DNA of 64,000 bases from Selaginella moellendorffii. Lineage: Eukaryota > Plantae > Lycopodiophyta. Shown here in pieces: positions 1 to 13,437 of the stretch. The notes under the pieces were generated by a model. That model was not told where the DNA came from. It saw only the letters and a program-made list of their open reading frames with translations, and ran no database searches. A program made the translations under genes and the position numbers. Location: positions 1 through 64,000 of the forward strand of contig NW_003314334.1 in assembly GCF_000143415.4 (NCBI RefSeq), in the 5' to 3' direction. Position 1 is the stretch's first letter. Every line of letters starts with the position of its first letter.

Positions 1-44
1 GCTCGTAAGCTCTCCGTAAGGCTCATCTTCATTGTTGTCTACAG

Positions 45-3000
45 ATGATCTCAAAGGTTTGCATCTGATTCAATAACTCCAACATTTTACGGAGTTTCTC
101 AGCAGCAAAGAAAGACTGGCCTTCAACCAAACAGTTTAAATTGCCCCCTCGTTCACCCAGAACATTGAGGACCTTTCCTCAGGCAGTCAATCCCAAATTA
201 GAGCTTACCATTCAATGCTTATCTCCACGTCCGTTAAGTATCGACAATGAAGCGACACTGCACTTGAGTTCTGAAAAGGGTCCAAGTACTGGCGTACTAT
301 GTTCTGCTCAGACAGGGGTAAACGAACAATCCTTTTTGTTCTTTTAGTGAGCCTTGAATTCAGGAAGAAGAAGGGGGCACAGCGATAAACCTGATAGCAG
401 GCGACCGATATAATGAAGATGACAGATTATTTACTGGAATGGACTTGGATAGTCAAAAGGAAATGCTGACAGATGATTCAGAAATTGACTTCTGGGATTG
501 TCATAAGGAAGAAGCGACACGAACGTTCTTCCCTATCGATGAGATTGATGCAGAAGAATCACTAAAGCTGGACGAAAGCAACAACAGAACCATATGTACT
601 TTGAATGGGGAAGTTGTAGTAATGCAAACCAATGTCACTTACCAACATATCGACAAGGAGATATCAGGTTGTGCTTCTGCATCAAAGGAATACCTTGAAG
701 GTCAAAAACATGTTCAGGAATATTTTGACTTACAGCTCCAGGCTTCCAGTGATCTTAATGGATTGCAGGATAATAGCACACGAAATGAGAAACTCGAAAA
801 GCAGCCGAGCTTAACCTGGGAAGGAGGAACTAGCAGTTCAAAAGATGCTTCAGATGCCATCTTTTCAGTCTCAAGCAAAAGGCGATGGCCAAGAACTTCA
901 AAAGTACTGAAAACCTTGACTACTGGAAATAATGATGGTTCTCAAAGCAGAAAAGTGTCGAGGAAGACTGTTCTAAGGAAAACAAGAAGGTTAAAATCCA
1001 AAAGGGAAAAAATTAAAGCTGAGAAACAGTCAAAAATAAGTGGAACACCTCATGAAAGTCGGTGTCCAGAGACAATGCCAACGCCTGAATTAAAGCTTGT
1101 TGAAGGTCATGGCATAAAGGATAGCTGTACAAAATCCACCTCGCTCTCTGCTGAAAAGGTTTGCAGCATCCTTTCATTTCTTAAGCAGGTCGACAGCAAT
1201 AATAATATCATGAAGATGTCTGAAAGAAGTTCACCAAGAACTGTACTAGACCAGGACGATGCCTTTGTTGCCGAATCATGCGTTTCTGTTCCTCTGGAGT
1301 CTGCATCCGCCGTTAGCTCAGCCGAAATGGCTTTTGTGGGGATCAAGAACAAGATTAACGAGTTAAAGGAAAAAAATTTAAAACAGAAAAATCAAATTAT
1401 GCAACTCGAAGCTGAGAATGAAAGTATACAGATAGTAAAAAACAAAGATATTGCAAAGTAAGTAACAGCAGCTTTCAGTGTCTTATCACCAAATATGGCC
1501 TTCTGCTAGTGAGAAAGAGAAGTACGCCAAGGAATCACACGAACAAGCACAACAGTATAAGGCGGCACTAAAAAANNNNNNNNNNNNNNNNNNNNNNNNN
1601 NNNNNNNNNNNNNNNNNNNNNNNNNNNNNNNNNNNNNNNNNNNNNNNNNNNNNNNNNNNNNNNNNNNNNNNNNNNNNNNNNNNNNNNNNNNNNNNNNNNN
1701 NNNNNNNNNNNNNNNNNNNNNNNNNNNNNNNNNNNNNNNNNNNNNNNNNNNNNNNNNNNNNNNNNNNNNNNNNNNNNNNNNNNNNNNNNNNNNNNNNNNN
1801 NNNNNNNNNNNNNNNNNNNNNNNNNNNNNNNNNNNNNNNNNNNNNNNNNNNNNNNNNNNNNNNNNNNNNNNNNNNNNNNNNNNNNNNNNNNNNNNNNNNN
1901 NNNNNNNNNNNNNNNNNNNNNNNNNNNNNNNNNNNNNNNNNNNNNNNNNNNNNNNNNNNNNNNNNNNNNNNNNNNNNNNNNNNNNNNNNNNNNNNNNNNN
2001 NNNNNNNNNNNNNNNNNNNNNNNNNNNNNNNNNNNNNNNNNNNNNNNNNNNNNNNNNNNNNNNNNNNNNNNNNNNNNNNNNNNNNNNNNNNNNNNNNNNN
2101 NNNNNNNNNNNNNNNNNNNNNNNNNNNNNNNNNNNNNNNNNNNNNNNNNNNNNNNNNNNNNNNNNNNNNNNNNNNNNNNNNNNNNNNNNNNNNNNNNNNN
2201 NNNNNNNNNNNNNNNNNNNNNNNNNNNNNNNNNNNNNNNNNNNNNNNNNNNNNNNNNNNNNNNNNNNNNNNNNNNNNNNNNNNNNNNNNNNNNNNNNNNN
2301 NNNNNNNNNNNNNNNNNNNNNNNNNNNNNNNNCAACTTGAACGTTCAGAAGCTAGTCGCAGGGAGGATAAGCAGTATACACAAGAACTCCTTGCTAGGTG
2401 CAATAAAGAATATGCTCAAAGGTGACGCTGTGCAAGTCAAATCTAGATTACGATATCTTCAATTTTAGAGAGGAAGCTATTCGAAAACAATACGAAAAAC
2501 TGCTTAATGAGTGTCAGAGTGCATCCCAAGCAGAAAATCAAGCAATGAAGCATTCCTTTGAGATGGAACAATCAGAATGGAACATCTCACTGAATGAGCG
2601 TATCATGAGGGAAGTGAGAAAAAGAGAACCTGAAATTGAGGCCAGGTAAATCGATCTAACACCTGGAACAAAACTTTATGACAAATTTCTGCGGTTTAGG
2701 TGTATACGGGAGCGTAATAGAGAAATAGATCTTATAATTGATCGCATGGAAAAGGAAAGGAACGAACTTGTTGCTGAGCATCGGAGTGAACAAGCAAACA
2801 GAGTACAAGAACTTCTACAGGAAAAGAATGTTTTGCTAAATCAGCTCAAAGAGAAAGAAGAAAATTACATGGATCTTTGCAAAACCGCCATTGAGGAAAG
2901 TTTGCATTTTCAAGACATTAAGTTTGTATAAAAATTTAACTGCAGGGAAAGGCACAGTCAAATGCAGAACGGTCAGAAATGAATAAGAGAATGGAAAAGT

Positions 3001-3438
3001 TCAAGGACCAACTAAGAAGTCAAGGTTGTGTCATTGAACAGCTTACAAAACAAGTATTTTGTTTTTGTTTCAATATTTCTTGAGTTTTTAAGTTGCTGTT
3101 TTTTCAGATTGGTTTTGAAAAGCAAGAGTCAGATAAACTCAAGAACAACTTAGAAGCGTGCATGAAAAGACAGGAGAAGGAAATAGAGAATACGAGAATT
3201 GAGCTTCAGCAGTCTCGTTGTGAAATGGAGAAGCTTAAAATTCGAAAGGTTTCATTTTTCAAGCCATATGGAATCTCACAATTGATTTCAGGTGGAAGAA
3301 CTAGAAGAAGTGGAAAATAAGGTCAAGCTGGCAATCGAAAAGAAAAATGAAGTTATTCTTGGTTTGCACAGCGAGTTAAAGTCTGCTCACCAACACATTC
3401 GACACACGGAACAACTCCTAGAACAAAATGCTAGCTAA
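45..3438 (+). CDS. CEP131: Centrosomal protein 131 (CEP131/AZI1)-like coiled-coil protein; multi-exon, 5' end probably outside the window, interrupted by an N gap
   Basis: GT-AG introns at 1458-1509, 2422-2469, 2646-2699, 2900-2945, 3054-3108 and 3249-3291 join coiled-coil ORFs. The spliced peptides 'RERNREIDLIIDRMEKE' and C-terminal 'ELEEVENKVKLAIEKKNEVILGLHSELKSAHQHIRHTEQLLEQNAS*' resemble the CEP131 C-terminus as I recall it; 'SILSFLKQVDS' also fits. Confidence 0.75.
1576..2332. other. Assembly gap (N run) inside the CEP131-like gene
   Basis: 757 consecutive N. Confidence 0.99.
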
Positions 3439-5700
3439 TATTCTAAGAAAAATGAATTATAAATTTATTTGCCTCTCTCTTTAAAAGGATTGCTATAAAG
3501 TGAAACTCTGGTCCACGTGTCACCAACCTACATCATCTTCTTCACGTTCAAGTACAAACTTTAGCAATTCCAGCAGCAAGATGAGAGAGATTTCGAGAAA
3601 GAAGTATTTAGATGTCAATTCTCATATAAAAGACCACGTAAAACATTGTAACGGTGATTCTGGCGATATTAACACCACCTCATGTGAGATTAACACCGCT
3701 TCAGCGAGATTAACACGAGGGAAGGGCACTCTCCCTCAAGTGTTTTACCTAAAGGGAGGGATTGTGCCGCCCTCTCCAAACTCACTAAATTGGAATGATT
3801 GGCAGAAGTTAAATCTGAATTGTCTAGATGGTGTAGAGTAGGCAAGACTTATATGGCTCTGTGATCAATCCCAAAATGAAGTGGCTATCGATCATGGTCG
3901 ACTATGCAGCGATCACTATCCTCCTCCTGGGATCCTGGAGCCTGCTCCAACTTTAAATTATGGATTTCTTATGTTCCATCTCCAGGATGATGAATTTAGA
4001 ATCTCTTGGAACTTTCTATGCAGGCATTTGCTTTCATTTCAAGTACAAGACTTGCAGAATAAAAGAAGCCAGCTTTGATTAATTACAAAACCTTGCTTTC
4101 TAGAGTTTACAGCTATAACTTTCAACTGATTATTTTAAAATTAATATTAAAATGCTTACTCTTGATGCTAAAATGCTTGAAAATACAATGTATCCAAAAT
4201 ATTTTATACTTCTCCAAGCGGAGCTGGGATCCCAGCTAGTACTATTTCAAAACCTTTTATGAGAAATAAGAAAACAGAATAAACCAATTTTCATAATTAT
4301 CAATTAAAATTAACTCTTTTAAATTTCTCATTTGCATAAATTGTATTGAGTCTATGCATGAAATGGAAGCCCACTTTACTCAAACTTTGGAAATTATTAT
4401 TTAGAGGATTCTCCACTACACTATATGAGAAAAAAGATTGTCCACTCGCATTTAAGCATAAGCAATTGTTAAGTATAGTGTAAAGTTTGTGTGTATTTAG
4501 AGAAAGAAGTGCTCCACCAAGGAGAAGAACAATGACTCAATTTACAGGAAAAGAGTATATTTGTTTGGAAAGAGTATGATTATTTTGGTTTACCCTTTAT
4601 CAGAGAGATTAAAGTAGGTTCTGATTTACTGGGAATGTGGTTTAGCTTTCAAAGTTTCTATAGACAGGTGTTTATCCATTACATTTCATGAAAGAGCATT
4701 GGGAAACATTGAGTGAAAGTGAAGTCATTGCCCTTCACATGGTAACGGTTTGAAGTTTCTTCTCCTACAAGGAACTCTCAGCTTGTCCGAGTTTGATACT
4801 TACGTTAGCACTTGGGCTCCTAATGTTCCTAGAGGATTCTTATGCAACTAAATTCAACAGGTGCTAAAGATCATTTGGAGGAATGGCTGTATACCTTTAA
4901 GTTGGTGATAAACCTTGCTATGAGTGCCACAGTCTATGCTCTTATCCCTTACACAGCATTCCTTACACGGCCTTGATGTGTCTGTAGGAAAATCTGGGTT
5001 CCAGATCAGTTTGTCTCTACAGAAAAAACAACCTTGCTGCTAGGGAAAAAAATAGAAAAACCAACCAGCAGCTGGTGCTTCAGTTTGGTTCTTCCAGGCC
5101 TTCTTGAGGGAAATAATAGTTATTAGCTTCATTAATGCATTGTGTAAAGACGGGAAATAAAAACAATAATGGATGTTATTATTTGTCTGTTTTGTAGAAA
5201 AATAGCGCAAGAAACTTACCTGGTTGGCTCTTTTGTGCTCATTTGTGTGAGCACAAATGAGCACAAAATCTATTTTGTGCTCATAAATCTATTTCTCTCT
5301 CAAAGAGAGAGAGAAGTGAGTTTATAGGTCGCTGCACTTTTCTTCTGTCATGCCGCATCCATGGAGAGGAAAAATTTATGTCGAGATTCAGCAGCTGGAC
5401 AGGCAAATGAAGGAAGCAGGGTACCTCTAAGACACCAAAGTGGAGGGCATTTTTCGGATAAACAAGAAACAAATGTGACAATGCCAGAGCTGTGAACCGA
5501 ATCGTCTCAACCTTGAGGCCTGACTGAATCACCTGCGATATGAAAGACATTGGAAGGGCTTGTTAGCCAGGAGACTTTATCATATATACAATGATGGCTG
5601 GCTGATAATCCGGTCGGCAATAGGTTCAATGTACTTATTTTAGCCCTCCAAAACACTTGTGCAAGTTAAAGCAAGAACCCAAGTTTGCCATACGAAGATC

Positions 5701-5980
5701 ACACCAAGCACTGAGCAGCAAAGATGTGGTCCACATTTGCTCAGATTCTCGATGAATTCCATAAGACAATGTGGGAATCATCAAGCTTGTATAAGCCCAC
5801 GCTGACCATTTGCATTTAATCTACTTTTTACGTTGAAGATCCACCAAAAACCATGTTGCTTGAGGTTCTTTCTCTCGTTGTCTCACATCCTGTACGAAAG
5901 CTTTGAGATGGTGACAATCGCGTGATACGGTACCTGGCCAACAACACGCACTTAGCAAAGATGTGAGCTCCACTTCGTTG
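5701..5980 (-). pseudogene. Two short duplicated fragments of the PPR E-motif segment (EVELTSLLSAC)
   Basis: 5947-5978 and 5706-5735 match 6776-6808 (gcactgagcagagatgtgagctccacttcgt). Confidence 0.55.
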
Positions 5981-6611
5981 TGCTCAGGGGAGAAGATTCG
6001 GCAATGCTGGAGAAGGGATCAGATCAGTGCTTTATTCATTCTACGCATTTTTCTGCCCAGCTTTTCCTGCATTTTCAATCAAGTCGAGTGACTGATGAAC
6101 TTGAAAAGCAAATGAAGATACCAGAAAGGCACCTTATGTAAAAGCCAGCCTTCACTCAGCCTTTCACTCATCCGATTCCTGAAGGAGGTCCGTAGCAGCC
6201 ACCTAAGCTCCCCTTGCAAACCTTTTCAAAATGAACCTGCACCCAAAGCCTGCTTTCTACTTCATTAATGGACTTTACCATCTCGAACTTATCAAAACTG
6301 TCACACAAGATTGAATGCACAAGTAGAAGTTTTGGATCAAAATAACACAAGAACGAAGTTTAAGAAGCACTTCACAAGAGAAAATGTGTCAGTGAACAGA
6401 TTACACATTCTCTAAGAGGTTGGCAGCTTCAATCAAGATGGCTGCAAGAAAGTAGAATATCACAAAGACACGGCCATGCAAACTTTGGATATAGAAGTGT
6501 GCCTAGTTTGAGTTTGGGTGTATGGAACCCGAAAGCCACTTACACCTCCCTATTGGCTACATCACACACCCCTAGACTGAAATCCACTTTGCTACACACA
6601 AAGCTCGTGAA

Positions 6612-7240
6612 TCAGCTATATTTTCGCGTAGTTGCCTGGTGCCAAGAACAGCGTTGTCTCGACCTCCTGTACAAAGCATTGGAGAGGAGTACATATGGCG
6701 ATGATCGCATGGGTGATACACTCCCCTGATCCATGGCTGCCTGTGAGGTCTGGTCAGCGTCACAATGCAAACTACAAGCACTGAGCAGAGATGTGAGCTC
6801 CACTTCGTCTGGGACGAACAGAATGCTCATTGCTAGATCAATCGCGTCGCCCAACCGGCCGATCCGTGCCAGGAGACCCACCATGCACGAAAAGTGTGAT
6901 CGCTCAGCCCAAACACCGTGATCCATGAGCAGCGACTGGAAGTGGTGGCAGCTCCCATTGATCACAGAGGACGGTGAGGAGTGTCATGCCATTGGGATCC
7001 ACTCCCGCTATCCACATTGAGCGCAGCAGCTGGATCCATTGTTGGAGTGGCCGGCAATCATTGTGTTCCAGAGCGTCATGTCTGGATTGGCGATGCCGGA
7101 GAAGAGAGCCTGCACTCACTGGAGCTGCCCGGTCTTGGAGTAGACGTTGAACATCACCGTGAGGGACAGCTGATCCGGCTGTGTGGTCGCGGACTGGGTC
7201 ATGGAGTGGAAGAGATCTGCAGAGCTCGGATCTCAAGACA
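6612..7240 (-). pseudogene. PLS-class pentatricopeptide repeat (PPR) protein with E domain, frameshifted remnant
   Basis: 'GVDPNGMTLLTVL', 'DHGVWAERSHFSCMVGLLARIGRLGDAIDL..FVPDEVELTSLLSAC..SPYVLLSN' are typical L2/S2/E motifs, split over several frames. Confidence 0.8.
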
Positions 7241-7749
7241 CCAAAGAAGAAAAATTTTCTGTGGTCATTACCTTTGGGTCAAATGGCATAATGCCATAGA
7301 CTTCCAATTCTCTGTTTAGCTCTTTCAAGTTTAGTATGCAAAGCAAAAGAAAGAAACGGCTTCAGCAACATTTACCAACCAAAGAATTGACATGATGATC
7401 CGAGCAAATGCGAGGAAGTATCACTTCTTTCCCACCTTGGCTGACACTTCCCTGCTTTATAGAAAGTCTACTAAAAAGATACTCAAAACTAAGAAACCTC
7501 ACAAATGCTTAATATCTTAAATTGTAGTGAATAGCTGTCCACCAGTTTGCATTCGTGTTGTTTTGTGCCAAGTCTGTAACAAAGCAAAGATATATTAGAA
7601 ATTGAGCAAGAAAGAAACAACAAAGCTGTAGTCCAGTGCTAAAACTGCATTCAAAAGGTCACCATAACACATATGAGCCTTCAAGTGAAACTTCTCTTAG
7701 CCACAAAGACATATATGTTTAAAGGTTTCCAAGTTAAATTTACTTCACT

Positions 7750-9612
7750 TCTAAGTCCCAAAGTGGAGCTGAAGATGATGCATGAGGTAGTGGTCAAGGT
7801 GGAAATCCAACAAGAGTAACAAGTTTGAACTAAAAGCTCTGACTTGGAAAGTCAAGCGCAAGAGTGGAACCCACAAAGAAGTGCTCGAGGAGTGAGCATG
7901 AATCAATCAATAAGTGAGTCTTTAGAAAGGGATATAAGACAGACCAACACGTGGACCAAAACTTGGTCGAGACCGAGACTGAGAAGACAGAGTACAAGTT
8001 TGAGTCCAAGTCTGAGGCAAAGTGATCATCTCTCAAACCTTGGGGGGTTTGGTAAATCCCTATGGGATACTAGGGGAAGGACTTTAGTGGAACCAATTTG
8101 GCTAAGGAAGGATAGTGTGAGCAAAGAAGGTTACACCCATGTGTTGGGTGATGATATAAACATTAAAGAGTTCAAGGCTAGAGTAAATATGAACTCACTC
8201 ATAACCTTTATAAGTCCCATTCGCAACTTGGTCCAAGTGCTCCATGTGTGTGATCCTATGATAGATACCCAAAGGTGCCATTGACTTATCAGCCCATTAC
8301 ACTAAGGCTATATCTATTTAACTTTGTCTCATTGGTAGTCCAAGACCACCTGTACTACAGACCCACCTTTCAAAGATTGGGCTTTCTATTCATGAATAGT
8401 CATCCCAAGACCCATCCTTAAGATGTCTGAAGACATGGGGAACACCCTTCCCCAATGTCCCTTCTTCAGTCCCCACCAAGTCTCTCTCCAATCATGGCCA
8501 TGCTCACCAACACTACCATTGCGTTAGGGCCTAAAGGCCTGACCACTAAGTCTTATTGTCCTTTAGGACTTCTTCACTATGTAACTATATCCTTGGTCAC
8601 TACGTAAGAGGATTATTCCTCTTCCTTTTTAGAGTTTGGAGCTTTGGGATGACATTTTCAAAATTCTATGGCCCTATGTGAGCCTCGTAATAACTCTCCT
8701 CACCTTCTGCCCTTAGGTGCCCTAGCTATGTGGCTAGAGCAAGGTTCGGAAGAGCCACCCCAGGTTATCCAAGTAGGTAATGCCACCCACACTTGGATTA
8801 AGAGTATTAATTATTTGATCTTCCAGGGGAGCTAGAGCCAGCTCTTGAACACTTTACACTAAATTACCCCATTTGTCCGTCTATATTCACTCTAGCCTTG
8901 GACTCCTTAGCTGTTATATTATCACCCACCATGTGGGTATAACCTTCCTTGGTCACACTAATTTTTCCTAGCTAAATTGGTTCCACTCGAGAAATGAGCA
9001 TGAAGCAATCGATGAATGAGTCTTCAGAAAGAGACACAAGAAGGATTGACACATGGCAAGTGTTGTGACATATGGAAGTGTTGGGACCTAGTCCAAGGTG
9101 GAGTTCAATAAGGAGTTCGAGATGGAGTCTGAGCTGGAGTACGAGGAGTCTGAAATGGAGTTTGAGATGGAGTCCGAGGTTGAGCCTAAGATGGAGACCG
9201 AGACTAGATCGAGACCAAGACCGAGTCCGAGTCCGAGTCTGAGTTTGAGTCCGAATAGTAATACAGATCGGGTGAAAGCTTAAAGTGATCGTCCCCCAAG
9301 TGGGGAGCTGTAAGGGGTTCCAAAAGTATAGGAGATGCTGTGGTATAGGTGGTCTTGGATTACCAATGAGACAAAGGAGAATGGACATCGCCTTAGTGTA
9401 ATAGGATGATATATTAGTGGTGTCTGTCGTGGGATCGGACACGTGGAGCACTTGGACCAAGTGCAAAGGCTGAGTGGCACAAAGGCCATTCACAATACTA
9501 GCAAGTCCCTAAGTCAGAAATAGGAGTTATAAAGGTTGTGAGTGAGATTCTTTCAAGTGGTTAAAGGTGTGATTTAATGACTAAAGTAGAATGGAAAATT
9601 TAGTCGCTTATA
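7750..9612 (+). mobile_element. Rearranged family-A LTR remnant(s) with an internal inverted segment (~8195-8990)
   Basis: Matches blocks of the 13438-14926 LTR. It ends ...tagtcgcttata, like ...tagttgcttaca. About 8085-8190 is repeated in inverted orientation at ~8880-8988. Confidence 0.7.
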
Positions 9613-11149
9613 GCCATTTTTTTTAAAGTCAGCACCTTTAACTAGCGTCTTTATTCCTTCTATTTGTCAATCCCACTTAGCAAGTCACCTAGCCAATATA
9701 ACATGTCCCATGTAGAAGCATGAAAGTCCTCAAATATCAATTTTTATTTAAAGCTATTTCTTTGAATATGCTAGAACCATTTCCCCAATCTTGATAGCCT
9801 CAAGCTTTAAGACCTCACCTATATTCTGCTACTCGAATTTTGGGCATTTCTATGAATCATTTGCACTTATTTCTCTAGCTATCATCTTACCCAAAATTAT
9901 CTTCAGAATATTAAAGGGATTCTATCCCTTAGCTTGCTAAGGCCTTTCCTTTCATAAGCTTTCTATTTGCCATCTTGTTTAATATGGACAGTTTCATATT
10001 TTAGACTCTTTATCGCACCATTATTGCAAGTAGCAAAACTATCGAGCAATTATTTAGTTCCTTACTCCCAACTTGAATTACCACCTCAGGTTAGGTCTTT
10101 GATTTCTACCCCTTTATTACTTGCTTTTGGCTTCATATATTCTGTTCACTTATTCTCTTTCATGCTAAGAGGGTAGTTTTGCACTTCTTACCATGCCTTA
10201 ACAAGTATTCTTAAGGATGAACTTACTTGATAACCTAGGAAGTGGTTCCTCAATCTAGATATGGTCACCTTATAATCTCATATACTAGGATTAACATTTA
10301 CTACTCATAGGTCCTTATATACTTATTGTTAGTCATACCAAAATCCTTTTGGCCTTGTTCATTTTGGATAAATAGATCTCTTTTATCTTTAGCTTTCGGC
10401 ACCTTGGACATTAGATATCACCTCCTATTCATTATTCTCTAGGGGTTTGGTCCTTTAGGCCTTATATAATACCTTCATAATATAAAACACCACTTTTTTG
10501 GTGTTTTAATGTGCTTATATGTTTAGTGATGAACTTCCTAGATAATAAGCATTTCCTACTATGATATTAACTTGCTATATTGCAACATAAGCACATTATT
10601 ACTTAAGGGATGTATCTAACCTCTTTAAGAAGTTGTAAGAATTTAACTCCCACTATTTCAACCAATTACTCCAAACCTTTTTCTTAGTTTCTTCATAATT
10701 ATTATATGTTACAACTCATTGGTGGTGCTTCCACACCTCCATTAATATTTATTAAACACATGAATCCCATTAGGCTATGCCAATCCTGTTTCTATTGGGG
10801 TTCCTTTGGCAAGAGGTTCTCTTAACTACCCAACTTGATATTAAGGCATCTTCCCTTGAGATGCTTGGTGTTTCCATACTATATAAGTCTATCTTTATGA
10901 TATATTTCATTTGTGTCTATGCTTTTTGCTAAGAATATATTTGTCATTCCATATGCCTAGCACTTCACCATTGTATTTATACATAACACTTTACAAAATT
11001 TATTTTCTTTTATAAACACCTTTTTATGACTTTAGTATCACACCTTCCATCATCAATGAGATACTCACTATTCTCATGCATCAATCTCATGATCTTTCTA
11101 GTGCTTCACTACTTGTATAACCAACATATATCAAAATAGGAACTCTCAA

Positions 11150-11270
11150 TTACATAATATGAACATGAGCAATGAAATTACACTTTATTGCAAGTTATTT
11201 CTTGAAGAAGAGAAAATGATTTATGTGTTTGATCCTTAGTCCCTGAAGACTTTCTTTCAGTCTCAACTTT
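11150..11270. repeat. Dispersed repeat shared with ~52235-52350 (decayed retroelement-derived sequence)
   Basis: taatatgaa..gagcaatga..ttgcaa..atgatttatgtgtttgatcctt.gtccc occurs at both sites. Confidence 0.65.
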
Positions 11271-11764
11271 TAAACTTCAAGTTTGCATTCACATTTCCTT
11301 CAATCCAATCTAAGTAAAGTTTACAAAAAAGTATGGCAATGACTATTTGAATGAATAGACTAATCCCTACAATCTTAATTGATCACTCATAATCATGCCT
11401 AGGAGCAGAGGAACAAGAGCACAGAGAAACTCCCAAGAATACAATCTAGGAGTGAAAAAACTAAAGGAGCAATATAAGAAGAGTTTTAGAGCATCTATCA
11501 TCCCACACTAAGATTAACACACAAAACAGAGCCAAATAAAATCTAGCACTAAACCATTTTGTTAATGTATCCCCATATATCCCCCACTAGCAAATGTCTA
11601 TTGATACTACACCTAGGTGTCCAACAAGAATTCCCTCATGACATTCCTAAAACACCTGCTTGCAGAATTTTCTTTTGTTGCTCAGTAATACCTGATGCCC
11701 CCTCCAAAGGAAATCATCTCAAAAGGAGAAATTTGGGTGAGAGAAGCTAGTAGACATCCTGAAG

Positions 11765-12710
11765 TTGTCCCTATATTCATATTCCCCTCTAATCTGTTGT
11801 ATATACTCACTCTCCTGTGCAGATATCAAGATGAAAGTGGACATTGCTGGTTTTTCAAACCTCCATGACAGTGCATCCGGCAGATTGTTGGTGCTGCCAG
11901 GCTTTAACTCGATAGTAAAGTCTAGAGCTTGTAGTTGTTCAACCCATAGCATTGTTTCTTGTTGAGATGAGCCTGATCAAGAATAAACTTGATGCTGAAA
12001 TAGTTGGTACATAGGATAAATCTCAAAAGAGTGAGATAATGGCACCACTTGCCAACCACATGCATCACAGCAAGCATCTCTTGCTCATAAAGTGGTTGTC
12101 TTGATTCCACCTCTAAGTCTCTAGCTTTTGGAGGCCACCAGGTTCTCTCTCTAGTTCAAGATAGTACTCATACCAGCATTAGATGTGTCAGTCTTAATAA
12201 ACTTTTGTAAAAAATCTGGTAAACACAGTAGTGGTGCTGTCTCTATCTTGTGTTTGAGCCACTTATAAGCAAAATGAGTGTTCTCATTCCCTAAAATCCT
12301 GGAAGTATGCAAAGCATAGTGATGGATGTATAATTCTCAAAGAACTTATGTAGATAATTGCAGAGACCCAAGAATGATTGAAGTTACTTCAGAGATTGAG
12401 GTTTTGCTATCAGCCAGAATATATCCTCCTCCGATAACAAATCTAAGGTATTCAATCTCTGACATACCAATAGAACACTTGGATAGCTTGATAACTAGCA
12501 AGAACTCATCTAGAACTTGAAGCACCCTCTCCAAGTGATGTAAATGCTCTTCCCAAGGGATGTTCTCATAAAAAATTACGATGATAAACCTGAAAAGGAA
12601 ACGTGCAAAAAGGCAGTTCATCATTGCTTGGAATGTTGCCAGGCGTTGGTGAGGCCAAAAGGAGCCCAGGTACATTTTTGAGCTCACAATCTCATGAGTT
12701 AAGCTCACAA
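11765..12710 (-). mobile_element. Degenerate Ty3/gypsy RT-RNase H remnant
   Basis: 'ATFQAMMN..F..FL', 'HLERVLQVL..KLSKC...EIEYL', 'YEQEMLAVMHVVGKWCHYL', 'IELKPGSTNNLPDALS'. Confidence 0.8.
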
Positions 12711-13437
12711 CTTCTTAAACATTGAAAAACTTTAGTTCGTCCTAAACCAACATTTCTTCATTTAATCTATATTTTCAAGTAAATTTGACCAATAAAAGAC
12801 AAATATAAATTTAGATCCAAACACTAAAAACAATCTAAAAACACTTTTGAAGCTCCACAATTGTAAGGCTTGTGTGGTGGATGTGATAGTCCCTTTCAAA
12901 ATGGAAAACCTATATTGGACAACCTTCCTATTTCTAGCTAGTCATGTATGCTAGTCTAATGTTGATTTCAATGGCATAACACCATCAATAGCAACATTTG
13001 AAGAAGTCTTCAACTTGAAACTTGCTCTTTCTAGACTTTCAATCTCTTCTTTCGAAAGATTGCAGATTCACTCAACTAGCCACTCCTCTAGTACAGAATC
13101 TAGCTTTGAGATAATTGAACTATGGATTTGGCTTCAGTCCCACAATATTAAATCCAGCTTGATTGGTGGCCCTTTACCCTTAGATCTTGACAGGCCCAAA
13201 AACATAGCACTACTAAAAAACTCGAGCCTAAGTGCACAAATGCAAGACACTTACCTTGACTCCTAATATCATTCTAGACCAATATGCATTGCTCTTGGCA
13301 CTGACTCTTGCCATGATTAGAAATGTATTTCTCAGTGACATACTCAAGTTGTCCACCATAATGGACTATGGACACGAATCCATTAATCATCTAGCCAATG
13401 GAAATTTGAAGAATATAGTCCTATTATAGGAAGATAG

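Noticed and set aside
1478-2425. Long ORFs made of X residues
   Set aside because: Artefacts of the N gap.
3500-6450. Short ORFs and possible exons downstream of the CEP131-like gene
   Set aside because: No coherent gene model or recognisable domain apart from the PPR fragments.
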